Part shown: in pieces, positions 26,965 through 36,550 of the stretch
Numbering within the stretch: position 1 is the stretch's first letter
How the letters are laid out: each line of letters opens with the position of its first letter
Program-made: the position numbers and the translations under genes
Notes under the pieces: generated by a model
Database searches by the model: none
The model's input: only the letters and a program-made list of their open reading frames with translations
Told to the model about the DNA's origin: nothing
NCBI GenBank assembly: GCA_964457955.1
Contig: CAYWEY010000001.1
Location: 38,277 to 99,978 of the forward strand
From: Candidatus Woesearchaeota archaeon
Lineage (GTDB): Archaea > Nanobdellota > Nanobdellia > Tiddalikarchaeales > Tiddalikarchaeaceae
Direction of reading: 5' to 3'
Length of the DNA: 61,702 nucleotides

Positions 26965-29595
26965 TTACACCTCAATAATATCTTCCCATTTTATATTATC
27001 ATATACTTTGGGAGCATTTTTTTTAATAATATTCTTAACCATATTCCTTGCATTCCTTAAAGGAGTTAAGAAATCTCCTCCTTCTTTATCTCTTTTAAGG
27101 ATTAGTTTGACTTTTTTTGAAATACTGGGCAGTTTTCTTTCAAAACATTCATAAAGTTCTTCTCCTAAAAACTTTCTGAAAACTTCTCTCTTTTCTTTAA
27201 TATTTTCAAGAGTTGAAGGATCATTTATATAATTAGTGCAGTATCCTGCTTTATTCTCCAGAATAATTTTCTTCAATCTTTTTTTATTACTTAAAACATT
27301 TTTTAGTTTGTAATAAATTCCTCCTGCTTTTTTCATGAATGAGTACTTAATCTTTTCAGGAGTTGATAATAACTGGTTAGAGAATAATCTTTCTATTCCT
27401 TCAGGTTCGGATTCAATTATATTCTTAACTTCTTCTGAACTTCTTTCTCCCATTTCAGGATTCTTGTAAGATAATTCTTCGAAAGCTATTTTTTTCTTAA
27501 TCTTTTTTCTCGCCTCTCCATAAGTTATTTCTCCAACACTTGCGAGAGTAACGGATTTCTTAATATAATCAACCAAGTTTTTTGAGAGATTAACCGAGTC
27601 GGATAATTCTTTTGAGAAACGATTAAGAGGATTATGTCTTCCTTCTTTCAAAACAAGTTCTAAATAAGATTTCACTGTTCCTGATGAATAATTGATTAGT
27701 GAAGGATCTTTTATTATTTCGTTAAGATTATAATTTTTAATGAATTTGGATAATTCATAAACCTCCTTAACCCTATCTTCCATAATAAGGTGTTCGTATT
27801 TTGTTAAGAATTTTTCAGGAATCTCGGATAATTCTTTTTTTTCAAAAATGTAAGGGGATTCTCTTGGTGAGAAAAAATACAGTTCGTTCCTGTACTTCCA
27901 GTTCATTAATTCTGTTTTTGAGCCATTAAATTTTCTCTCACTAACTTTCTTGTAAGAATGTATTAGGAAAGCAGTTACTGCTGCTGCTGAAATAACTGCT
28001 GATACGCCGAATAAGAACTGGTTTTCCTGAAGTGCTTTTTCAAGCCCGGATGTTTTATCTTCCTCCTTACCCAATTCTGACTCAGATTGGTCTATTTCTT
28101 CATTAGTATCCTTATAATTCTCATAATCCTCATGCGCTTCAAGCCCTTTTTCAGTCCATTCCTCATCAGGATAATCTCCATAATCATCATCTATTTCCCC
28201 GTCATTGTTCTGGTCAGCATCCACATATCCATCATAAGGGTTGAAATCTCTTATTCCATCACCATCCGTGTCTTCAACAGGGTCGCCGTGCACTGCTTCA
28301 TAATTTGCGCAGCTCTCGTACTCGTAACGATTCACACTAAAACTCTCAAAATACTCATCCCTCTCAATTTCCAATGCTTCTATCTCCTGCTCTTTCTTTT
28401 CAATATTCTCCTGATTAGTATCATATGCGTCTTGTGAACTCGCCATATTAGTGTAGGTTAGAAGTGTTAGTACTGCGCTCGCAGCCACTCCCACTCCTTC
28501 AAGAACTGTTCCTTTTGTTCCCATCCTTATTGCTTTAGGCGCGTACTTTGCTCCCGGAACTTTGTTTAAAAACTTTGAAGTTTTAGAATTAATTTTTTCA
28601 AAGTATTTTTTGAATTTGGAGGGTTCTTTCAATTCTTTGCTTACGTATGGGAGTATGATTGATGCATTAGGATATTCTTTAACCAGTTCTTCCAATCCTT
28701 TTGTTCTCTTATAATCTCTGTTGAGAACAAAATCATCATATAATTTTTCATATTTTTTTATGATTTGGTAGAATTTCTGGATTCTTTTCTGGACAGAATT
28801 AATTTCTGGCGGGCTTCCCACAAGTTTTATTCTTGTTTTAGGATTATATGGTGTTTTTGCACCTAATGATTTCACATAACCTTCTGTGTTCTCCGGATCA
28901 AGAAATATTCTTTCATCTATTTCAAAATTCAGCATTCTTTCTTTAATACCCATATAACTTAGTGTTTCAATAGTTCTAGCGAGTCTCTGTATAGAGTTCT
29001 TATTATGTGATGATTCAAGTACTGCACTTATTTCTCCTTCGTGTGAAAAATCTCCATTAATAACTGATATTTTTGCTAATTGTCCTCTGTAATCATACTT
29101 TATTATTTTGTCAGGCTCTTTATCCAAGTATTTCAAATCAGTGATTTCTTTTCTTAATTCTTTGATTGTTTTATAATCCTCTTTCTTTTTTACTTCAGAA
29201 GTTTTCTTATCTCTATTCTTTTTATCAATTATTTTTATTCTCTCTTCCAACCCATTTATTTTTTCTCCTAAAATTTTTCTCCTATTATTCTCGTATTCTT
29301 CGAATGTTTTTCTTTTAACATCATAATGTGCTGCTATTATTTCTTCATCTATTTCTTCATTTTCAAGAAGATATGCTTCTACAGGAGGGTCTCTCATTGT
29401 TCCTGAAGAATCAATTGTTGTAACATAATGTGTGCCACTAACAGGACAGTCATAACCGAAAGTAGCAATATCATCAATGATCCTGTTTAAAGAATATTCA
29501 TGAATGTTTCCGCATTTACATTCTATCTTCGTTTTAGTCAATGTTATACTCTCAAAAAAATAAAATACTTTTAAATATTTGTCATCATTAGTCAA
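26965..29595 (-). CDS. 876-aa two-TM membrane protein with N-terminal Cys cluster, coiled coil and acidic DxDxDG loop
   Basis: TTG start. CKCGN...DCPVSGTH near the N-terminus. Hydrophobic helices at about aa 362-384 and 527-547. Between them lies an acidic loop with DTDGDGIRD and DADQNNDGEIDDD. 8-nt gap to the GTPase-like gene. Confidence 0.65.
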   Translation of the reverse strand: MTNDDKYLKVFYFFESITLTKTKIECKCGNIHEYSLNRIIDDIATFGYDCPVSGTHYVTTIDSSGTMRDPPVEAYLLENEEIDEEIIAAHYDVKRKTFEEYENNRRKILGEKINGLEERIKIIDKKNRDKKTSEVKKKEDYKTIKELRKEITDLKYLDKEPDKIIKYDYRGQLAKISVINGDFSHEGEISAVLESSHNKNSIQRLARTIETLSYMGIKERMLNFEIDERIFLDPENTEGYVKSLGAKTPYNPKTRIKLVGSPPEINSVQKRIQKFYQIIKKYEKLYDDFVLNRDYKRTKGLEELVKEYPNASIILPYVSKELKEPSKFKKYFEKINSKTSKFLNKVPGAKYAPKAIRMGTKGTVLEGVGVAASAVLTLLTYTNMASSQDAYDTNQENIEKKEQEIEALEIERDEYFESFSVNRYEYESCANYEAVHGDPVEDTDGDGIRDFNPYDGYVDADQNNDGEIDDDYGDYPDEEWTEKGLEAHEDYENYKDTNEEIDQSESELGKEEDKTSGLEKALQENQFLFGVSAVISAAAVTAFLIHSYKKVSERKFNGSKTELMNWKYRNELYFFSPRESPYIFEKKELSEIPEKFLTKYEHLIMEDRVKEVYELSKFIKNYNLNEIIKDPSLINYSSGTVKSYLELVLKEGRHNPLNRFSKELSDSVNLSKNLVDYIKKSVTLASVGEITYGEARKKIKKKIAFEELSYKNPEMGERSSEEVKNIIESEPEGIERLFSNQLLSTPEKIKYSFMKKAGGIYYKLKNVLSNKKRLKKIILENKAGYCTNYINDPSTLENIKEKREVFRKFLGEELYECFERKLPSISKKVKLILKRDKEGGDFLTPLRNARNMVKNIIKKNAPKVYDNIKWEDIIEV

Positions 29596-29615
29596 TAAGT
29601 AATAAATTATTTAAT

Positions 29616-31667
29616 ATGGAGATAATAAGTTCTTCTTTAATTATTATGAATAAGAAAACTTTTTTTATAATCTTACTGTTTCTATCAGTTAGTATTGGTT
29701 TTTGTGAGAATCTTCAGTGCGCTGCTGAACTCCAGAATACTCCTGGAGTATGTATAGATAAGAAGTATGATATGCTTTCAGGAGACATTGCTTACTGGGG
29801 ATGCAACACTATTCTCCACCAGAACGGGAGATGGTTTTATTATGAGAAATGCAAAGCAACTATCAGCAGCATGACTAAGAAGACAAAGGAAGGGAATTAT
29901 GTTGCTGAAGCATGGACTAATAATAATGCTCCTTTATCAAAATGCTCTTCTTACAACGGCTGGGCGTGCGATGTCTATCCTGGCGAGCCGAGCGGTTCTG
30001 GTTTTGACAGTGATGATTCTCATAGTGACAGGGGATATTGTGATGCCAGTGATGGCAACTGCGTCAAGTGCAACAATAATAATATTGAGACTAAGAAATG
30101 GGATGGTGGTGCTTCAATAAGCGGGAGTGGTGATTATAAATGCGAGAGTGGTTGCGGCGCCCACCCTCATTGTGATGAATTATTTCCTGGTAATAATACT
30201 GGAAGTTGTTTTGGTGTTTTTGAAACTCGATGCACGAGTAGTTGTGGAGCAGTAAGTGATTCGTGCGAGAGTGATTGTGGTGCTCATAACTTGTGCGATG
30301 AGCTTAATCCTAACAGTGTTTGCGTGACTGATTACTGCGATGAGCATAATCGTTTGGTGGATTATAATGGTGATTATTATCTTAACAGCAACACATGCAC
30401 CAGTACTTGTGATTGTGATAATATTGTTGACAACACATTGTGCGATAGTGATGACTGCGGAGCAAGCACTGAATGCAATAATAAAGAGTTGGGTTATAAT
30501 ACTGGTAATAGTGGTTGTGATACTAATTGTTATTGGCAGGATTGCGGAATGTATGCTTGGAACACTAATAATGATGAATGTTATACTAGTTGCTCTCTGA
30601 ATTCTCATTGTTATGAATCTGTATGTAATGATTATACGAGTGATTGTGTTATGGATGGTGAGAATCCTATAATACTCATCAATCAACCTATTGATGATTC
30701 CAGGAATAATGAGGATATTGTTCTTGAATTCTATATTAATGACAGTGTTGACGGCGAGCTTGACTGTTCTTATATTCTTGACTCCACTATTTCTTATATT
30801 GGTGAATTAGTTAGTGGCAATACTTATCAGGAAGATATTACTTGCGATGAGGAATGGCATACTTTGAGTGTGAATTGTTCTGATGATGCAGGTAATCATA
30901 ACCTGACTATTCCCGTGAGTTTCTTGTACGATACTACTCCTCCTGATTATTCACACCAGTCCTGGACTGATATTACACCAACTCCGGATAATACACTCAT
31001 AACTGGTGATGAAGTAAGGTTGAGTGTTTACTGGACGGATAATTTTGAGCTCGACAATAGTACTTTGCAGATTAAGCCCGAGCATGGTGGTTGGAGTGAT
31101 GAGGAAGTAATAGAGCATAATCTTACTTCAAGCAGGTGGAGCAACTTCACTCTTAACACAAGCAGTTATGGTGACGAGCTTATTGAGTGGCGTGTCAAGA
31201 CTCTTGACAGCAGTGGGAATGAGAGAGTGTCTGATACTATGAGTTTTTTTGTGAATACTCCTTCTGCTGAAATCACTATCACGATATACGAAGTTGGAGG
31301 AGATATTAGTGATGTTTTTGAATTCTCTGGTGACGCGAAACCAGTTGTGGATAAGCCTGCTGATGACAGCAACAGCACTGAATTCATCGGTGACTTCACA
31401 ATTGAGCACGTGGGTATAGGTACTTTGATTAATAATAGTTTTTACTTGAATAATTCAATGAGTAGTGGTATTATTATGAAGGTTAGTGATAATAATGATG
31501 CAGAAAATTCTGTGATTCTTTCTGACAGTCCTAAAAATGCAGGATTCTGCAATGGTATGATTAGCGGGGATACCTGCCAGGTCTGGTTGTGGATGGATTT
31601 GGATAAAGCAACTCCTCCGCAAGTCCAGAATAATAGGGTGATGGTAGAATCAGTGAGTGTGGAATAG
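29616..31667 (+). CDS. secreted Cys-rich surface protein (683 aa from the track start; signal peptide begins at M11, nt 29646)
   Basis: MNKKTFFIILLFLSVSIGFC signal. Three copies of the C(E/D)S(G/D)CGA...C(D/N)E module. Downstream beta-rich domains include a YWTDNFELD module. Confidence 0.7.
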   Translation: MEIISSSLIIMNKKTFFIILLFLSVSIGFCENLQCAAELQNTPGVCIDKKYDMLSGDIAYWGCNTILHQNGRWFYYEKCKATISSMTKKTKEGNYVAEAWTNNNAPLSKCSSYNGWACDVYPGEPSGSGFDSDDSHSDRGYCDASDGNCVKCNNNNIETKKWDGGASISGSGDYKCESGCGAHPHCDELFPGNNTGSCFGVFETRCTSSCGAVSDSCESDCGAHNLCDELNPNSVCVTDYCDEHNRLVDYNGDYYLNSNTCTSTCDCDNIVDNTLCDSDDCGASTECNNKELGYNTGNSGCDTNCYWQDCGMYAWNTNNDECYTSCSLNSHCYESVCNDYTSDCVMDGENPIILINQPIDDSRNNEDIVLEFYINDSVDGELDCSYILDSTISYIGELVSGNTYQEDITCDEEWHTLSVNCSDDAGNHNLTIPVSFLYDTTPPDYSHQSWTDITPTPDNTLITGDEVRLSVYWTDNFELDNSTLQIKPEHGGWSDEEVIEHNLTSSRWSNFTLNTSSYGDELIEWRVKTLDSSGNERVSDTMSFFVNTPSAEITITIYEVGGDISDVFEFSGDAKPVVDKPADDSNSTEFIGDFTIEHVGIGTLINNSFYLNNSMSSGIIMKVSDNNDAENSVILSDSPKNAGFCNGMISGDTCQVWLWMDLDKATPPQVQNNRVMVESVSVE

Positions 31668-31751
31668 AAAAGTTTTTAATAAAAAATCTTTAAAGTGAAA
31701 AATAAGATGGTTTCGAAAAATTTAATAAAAGAAAAGACGTTATATATCGAA

Positions 31752-32387
31752 ATGAAGAAATTGCTTTGTTTTATTTTTGTATTATTTTTCATTCCTAATA
31801 TCGGGTTTAGTTCAAATCCTGCTTGCACTGAAAGAGCAGGTTATTATTTATGGCATTGTGATAATAATAGTCCTGGAATAAGCATTAAACCAGGTGAAAC
31901 TGGAACATTAATATTAAAATGCTGTTACACAGGACCTGGACTCAAAAACAGCAATAAAACTTACAATATTAACATTGAGAAAAAATCAGAATATTCAAGA
32001 AATGTTCAACAACCAAATGGTAGTTGGTTAATGATGTATGAACATTATCCTGCAACAAAATACATAACTAATATCAATTATGATTCTGAAATAACTCCTT
32101 ATGAACCTGTTGAAATAAAAGTAAATTTTAGTTTACCAAGATACGAAGAAATTTACAAATTAAATGGAGTATTAATTGCAAGAATTGATGTTAATCTTGA
32201 TAGTCCGGGCGCATTTATTTATAGTAATAGAGTTGATATGAGAGTAATAATCCCTTCCAGTTATAAACCCCCGTTAATTAATACTTTATTCACTTTACTT
32301 GCAGGCAATTATGTTGCTGGAATAATGGGTTTAGTAATGCTAATATTAAGCATCATATTATATTTTAAAGTTACCTCAAAAGAATAA
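31752..32387 (+). CDS. secreted protein with C-terminal TM anchor
   Basis: Track ORF 31695 starts at GTG. The ATG at 31752 gives the signal peptide MKKLLCFIFVLFFIPNIGFS. C-terminal helix GIMGLVMLILSIILYF. Confidence 0.55.
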   Translation: MKKLLCFIFVLFFIPNIGFSSNPACTERAGYYLWHCDNNSPGISIKPGETGTLILKCCYTGPGLKNSNKTYNINIEKKSEYSRNVQQPNGSWLMMYEHYPATKYITNINYDSEITPYEPVEIKVNFSLPRYEEIYKLNGVLIARIDVNLDSPGAFIYSNRVDMRVIIPSSYKPPLINTLFTLLAGNYVAGIMGLVMLILSIILYFKVTSKE

Positions 32388-32408
32388 CAACAAAACTTTA
32401 AAAATAAT

Positions 32409-32987
32409 ATGGGTTTTATTTTATTACTTATGAAAAATAGTTTAACTATATTTTTAATAATTGGTTTACTTTTAGGTATTTCAACAGTAATGGCAGATAC
32501 AGAAATAACTGATGAGCAGAGTTTAGCATTCAGAATAGAGATAGTGAAGGATTGGACTATTGCTGTTCCTGCTCTTTGCGAAGATGCAGATAATACAATA
32601 GATGGTACTTTGGAATTTTCTCCTTCAATTGAAGGGGTCTGGACTGACGGCTCCAGGCCTGATGATGGTTGTGGAGATGCTAATCTTGGAGATTATAACG
32701 TTACTAACGAGGGAAATGTCCCTATAGACTTGAATTTCAGACTAAATGATACTGCGCCTCAAGGAGTAACAATTGCTCTAGGAAACAATCTTACTTATGC
32801 AGAAATCGGAGACCATAGTTACTTCAACTTAACAACAGGAGATCAGAATCCTTCATGGGGGCAAAGTATATCAGCAACAGGAAGTGACACAGTTCAGATA
32901 TGGCAGAGAGTTGGAGCAAATGATACAGCAATAGGTGGAGATTCCTATATGAGACAAATGGTAATAACAAGTAGTGATGCAAGTTAA
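32409..32987 (+). CDS. secreted protein (192 aa), related to the C-terminal domain of 29616..31667
   Basis: Signal peptide. The NVTNEGNVPIDLNFRLN...VQIWQRV pattern parallels FTIEHVGIGTLINNSFYLN...CQVWLWM. Confidence 0.55.
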   Translation: MGFILLLMKNSLTIFLIIGLLLGISTVMADTEITDEQSLAFRIEIVKDWTIAVPALCEDADNTIDGTLEFSPSIEGVWTDGSRPDDGCGDANLGDYNVTNEGNVPIDLNFRLNDTAPQGVTIALGNNLTYAEIGDHSYFNLTTGDQNPSWGQSISATGSDTVQIWQRVGANDTAIGGDSYMRQMVITSSDAS

Positions 32988-33049
32988 ACCGAAAGAGTTT
33001 TTAATTTCTTTTTTTTATCTTTTTTTATTATTTTATCGATTGTGAGAAT

Positions 33050-33751
33050 ATGGAAAAAAAGATATTAATATTGTTCATGTACTTGTTCTTGCTTAGTCCT
33101 GCCTTATGCCAGACGAATGGTTACATAAATTTTATGATAACTCTTGATTTCGAGCCTCCGCAGTATTCCTTATTAAGTTCTAACACTATCAGCATTAATA
33201 ATATTGGTGAGAGTATTGAATTCAGTGCTTACTGGACTGATTACGAACTTGGGGATTACAAGTTCTCATGGAACATAACCAACACTTTCGAGAACAGCAG
33301 TAATCAGGAATACGTGAACGGATGGAGTAATGAGACAAGAACAATAAATAATGCTAATTATGAAGGAAGGAGTGTTGGATGGAAGTATTACGGGTTTGAC
33401 GCGAACAATAATCTTAATACAACAACCATAAAATATTTTGACATAATTAGTGAAGAACCCGAATACTCTCAAATTAGTCAGGACAAGGACACTCCAGCAG
33501 AAGGAGAAGTTGTGAATATAAGTAGTTACTGGACGGATAATTTTGAAATCGACCACGTGGACATTCTCACGAACGAGACCAGTAGTTGGGAGACGCATGA
33601 CACAGTGAATATTAATGACGTTAGTGGTTGGGCGAACTTCACATACGACACGACAGGACACTCTGGAGAAACAATATGGTGGAGAGTTAATGGTTATGAC
33701 GCGATAAGCACTAATACAATAAGCACAACTCACAGTTTCAGTGTTCAATAA
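33050..33751 (+). CDS. secreted protein with two YWTD(N/Y) modules
   Basis: Signal peptide MEKKILILFMYLFLLSPALC. FSAYWTDYELGD and SSYWTDNFEIDH repeat the module seen in 29616..31667. Confidence 0.65.
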   Translation: MEKKILILFMYLFLLSPALCQTNGYINFMITLDFEPPQYSLLSSNTISINNIGESIEFSAYWTDYELGDYKFSWNITNTFENSSNQEYVNGWSNETRTINNANYEGRSVGWKYYGFDANNNLNTTTIKYFDIISEEPEYSQISQDKDTPAEGEVVNISSYWTDNFEIDHVDILTNETSSWETHDTVNINDVSGWANFTYDTTGHSGETIWWRVNGYDAISTNTISTTHSFSVQ

Positions 33752-34677
33752 AAATAAATAGACAAGACTAATAATAAAAGACTAAGTGGCAAATAAGTCG
33801 TCCAGCCAGTCCTGACCGCGTCATCAATACTATACCTATTATTGCTTGCGCTGTAAAAACTAAGCAAGAAGACAACTAAGAAGCTCATGAGCCACGGATT
33901 CCATGGGAGGAAGACACTGCTCAACAAGAAACTTATTAAAAAGAGTTTAATATTCTCAGCATAATTAATCACTGCAAGGAAAGGGCCGCCGTACTCAGTC
34001 ATCCATCCTCCAGCAATCTCCTGCGCAGCATGAGGAATATCAAAAGGCACCATCTCCACTTCTAATAAAGAGATGAAGAAAGCAGGCAGGAACAACAACA
34101 AATTATAAGGATTAAACGATTGATTGATTAAGAAACTATTATTATTTAAAGCAGGAATCAGGAATAATACAATAAGAGGAAATTCAAAACTAAGTTTAAG
34201 AATCAGGTTTCTTCCACCACCCACTATTGCATAACGATTCTTACTAGCGTACGCAAGCATCCATATAAAAACACTGTCCAACAACAAAATAGTGAAAATT
34301 ATTAATAATCCATAACTTGAGTCTAAAAAGAAGTAAGAACATAACAAAACTATTACTCTGAAGAAAGGAATAAGCATATACCACGATTTCCTCACACTCC
34401 TCGGAACAATCAATTCCTTACTTAATAACTTGAAGAAGTCATAAAAAGGCTGAAATAATGGAGGGCCCACTCTCTGCTGAGAATAAGCTCTTACTTTACG
34501 CTCAACCCATTCAAAAAAGAAAGGGAATAATAAGAATAAGACTAACTTAATAATTTCACAACACCCCCTAATTGTAAAGTTGTAAGAAGCAGGACAAATA
34601 AGAATAATGACGCGTTCACATTCTCCTCCAATACTCCTATAAAAATAATAAGTCCATGAAGAGCAAGAAAAACACAC
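33745..34677 (-). CDS. mbhM: NuoH/MbhM-like membrane subunit, main body (lacks its own ATG start)
   Basis: FEWVERKVRAYSQQRVGPPLFQPFYDFFKLLSKE matches the NuoH/HycD consensus (ERK..a..Q.R.GP....Q...D..Kl..KE). The frame opens only with a GTG lying inside the upstream fragment. Confidence 0.75.
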   Translation of the reverse strand: MCFSCSSWTYYFYRSIGGECERVIILICPASYNFTIRGCCEIIKLVLFLLFPFFFEWVERKVRAYSQQRVGPPLFQPFYDFFKLLSKELIVPRSVRKSWYMLIPFFRVIVLLCSYFFLDSSYGLLIIFTILLLDSVFIWMLAYASKNRYAIVGGGRNLILKLSFEFPLIVLFLIPALNNNSFLINQSFNPYNLLLFLPAFFISLLEVEMVPFDIPHAAQEIAGGWMTEYGGPFLAVINYAENIKLFLISFLLSSVFLPWNPWLMSFLVVFLLSFYSASNNRYSIDDAVRTGWTTYLPLSLLLLVLSIYFY

Positions 34678-34763
34678 AATAACAAATAATACTTAGTATC
34701 ATAATTAGGACGAATCTCACTAATATCCTCTCCTCCACTGAATAATCTTTCTTTCCAACTCAT
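34542..34763 (-). CDS. mbhM: MbhM N-terminal fragment (first TM helix), frame-shifted relative to 33745..34677
   Basis: The ATG overlaps the mbhN stop (ATGA at 34760-34763). The hydrophobic N-terminus ends 20 nt after a G5 run (C5 on plus strand, 34564-34568). Confidence 0.55.
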   Translation of the reverse strand: MSWKERLFSGGEDISEIRPNYDTKYYLLLCVFLALHGLIIFIGVLEENVNASLFLFVLLLTTLQLGGVVKLLS

Positions 34764-35056
34764 TTCTTAATCACGTTCTCAAACTCATTAGATGGCCTTA
34801 TACAATTAACAGGACACACCCTACCGCACTCACCGCAACTAATACAACGCTCCTGCTCAACAACAATCTTCCTCTCCTTATTGAAAGACAAGCACTTTGT
34901 AGGACAATTAATTATGCACTTCGCGCAACTAATACACATACTAGCATCATAATACAACTTATTCCCCTTCCACTCCTTACTCATACGAGTCTTCTTGAAA
35001 GGATACCTAATAGTATATCTCTTACTCAAGAAATTCTTAACCATCCTTATAATCAT
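34760..35056 (-). CDS. mbhN: 2x[4Fe-4S] ferredoxin-type subunit (NuoI/MbhN-like)
   Basis: CISCAKCIINCP and CISCGECGRVCP are two CxxCxxCxxxCP motifs. Confidence 0.85.
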   Translation of the reverse strand: MIIRMVKNFLSKRYTIRYPFKKTRMSKEWKGNKLYYDASMCISCAKCIINCPTKCLSFNKERKIVVEQERCISCGECGRVCPVNCIRPSNEFENVIKK

Positions 35057-35436
35057 AAATCATCCACCAATTTCTTAATACCATTAATAATACTCTCTGG
35101 TCGCGGAGGACATCCCGGAATAAACAAGTCAACATCTAAATCAATTCTTTCATCTCTGAAAACATTACCACTACTCGGACAATTACCTACTGCTATAATT
35201 TTTTTAGGCTCAGGAACCTGGTTTATTATTCTCTTAGCGCGTAATACTCCTTTCTCACTCCCACTCCCTGTCAAGAGCACAATATCTGCATGCCTCGGGC
35301 TCTCAACAAAAACACACCCCAATCTTTCAATATCATACTTAGGAGTAAGAATATTCAATACTTCTACTTCGCAACCATTACAACTCCCTATACTTACTTC
35401 ATAAATCCACGGACTCTTCTTAATCCATCTCAACAT
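35053..35436 (-). CDS. mbhJ: [NiFe] hydrogenase small subunit, NuoB/MbhJ-like
   Basis: GSCNGCE, GNCPSSG and IPGCPPRPE are the four Cys ligands of the proximal [4Fe-4S] cluster in NuoB-type subunits. Confidence 0.9.
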   Translation of the reverse strand: MLRWIKKSPWIYEVSIGSCNGCEVEVLNILTPKYDIERLGCVFVESPRHADIVLLTGSGSEKGVLRAKRIINQVPEPKKIIAVGNCPSSGNVFRDERIDLDVDLFIPGCPPRPESIINGIKKLVDDL

Positions 35437-36550
35437 AACTTACCTCATCATCCTCATTAATAACAGTTATTCTATCACAGCAAGCAAAGCAAGGATCAAT
35501 ACTATTAACTATTACAGGAACATCACACAATTCAGAATTCTTGCACATTACAGGAACCGCCTGCAAATTAGCATAAGTAGGTGCTCTTATTCTGATAAAA
35601 GAAGGATTTCCTCCACCACTGCTCTCCACATAATGAAAATCTTCACCCCTCGGAGCTTCCTTAATATTAGCACTCTTGCCTTCAGAAACTTTGTCAATCC
35701 TGTGCCACAAAATATTTCCTTCAGGAATATTACTCAAGCATTGTGTTATTATCTTAATAGACTCGAGCACTTCCTTCAACCTAACTCTCGCCCTCCCATA
35801 ACAATCACCCGTCTTCTCCTGAACAAGCTTGAAATTAATATCAGGATAAACAAGGTAAGGATTAGTCTTACGCGCATCAACATACAATCCGCTTGCTCTT
35901 GCAGTCGGACCAACCACTCCTAACTTCTTAGCCTTATGCTGTGAAAGTACTCCAACACTTTTCCATCTTGAATGAATAGTGTTGTTAGTGTCAACTTCCT
36001 GAACTAATTCTCTTACAGGATTAACTAATTTCTTAATATCTCTCCTAATTGACTTATTCTTATTTTTTGAAATATCAAAACGGACACCCCCAGGAACATT
36101 CATGCCTGGAAACATTCTTGAACCGCAAACTTTTTCAACAAAATCCATGAACTTAGTTCGAATCTTCCAGGACTCCATGAAAAGTGTCTGGAAACCAATA
36201 TTATTCGCTGCAGTACCAAACCATAATAAATGATTCTGAATTCTCTCGAGTTCTGTTACTATAGTCCTAATATATTTTGCTCTCTCACTTACTTCATAAT
36301 CCATCATTTTCTCAACATTAGTTACAAAACACAATGTGTGAGTAGTACTGCATATCCCGCAAATCCTCTCAATCAAATAAAGTGCTTTATTCCACGTCCT
36401 TTTTGTGACTAATTCTTCAATACTCCTATAATTATAACCAAGTTTCATATCCACCTCCTTCACTAACTCACCCTCCACACGCACTTTAAAATACTCAGGC
36501 TCGTGAATTCCAGGATGATACGGACCTATAGGAATATTAAACTGGCTCAT
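35420..36550 (-). CDS. mbhL: group-4 [NiFe] hydrogenase large subunit (MbhL/NuoD-like), Ni-ligand cysteines intact
   Basis: RICGICSTTH (L1 motif RxCGxCxxxH) and DPCFACCDR (L2 motif DPCxxCxx[H/R]). Start set at MSQFNIPIGPYHPG (ATG 36550-36548), which forms an ATGA overlap with the upstream stop. Confidence 0.9.
   Translation of the reverse strand: MSQFNIPIGPYHPGIHEPEYFKVRVEGELVKEVDMKLGYNYRSIEELVTKRTWNKALYLIERICGICSTTHTLCFVTNVEKMMDYEVSERAKYIRTIVTELERIQNHLLWFGTAANNIGFQTLFMESWKIRTKFMDFVEKVCGSRMFPGMNVPGGVRFDISKNKNKSIRRDIKKLVNPVRELVQEVDTNNTIHSRWKSVGVLSQHKAKKLGVVGPTARASGLYVDARKTNPYLVYPDINFKLVQEKTGDCYGRARVRLKEVLESIKIITQCLSNIPEGNILWHRIDKVSEGKSANIKEAPRGEDFHYVESSGGGNPSFIRIRAPTYANLQAVPVMCKNSELCDVPVIVNSIDPCFACCDRITVINEDDEVSYVEMD

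Noticed and set aside
30180-30686. 168-aa minus-strand ORF (plus 30340..30600 and 29899..30120) overlapping the Cys-rich secreted-protein gene
   Set aside because: The translations are low-complexity I/T-rich and lie antisense or out of frame to a well-supported gene with a signal peptide and repeated Cys modules. These are shadow ORFs.
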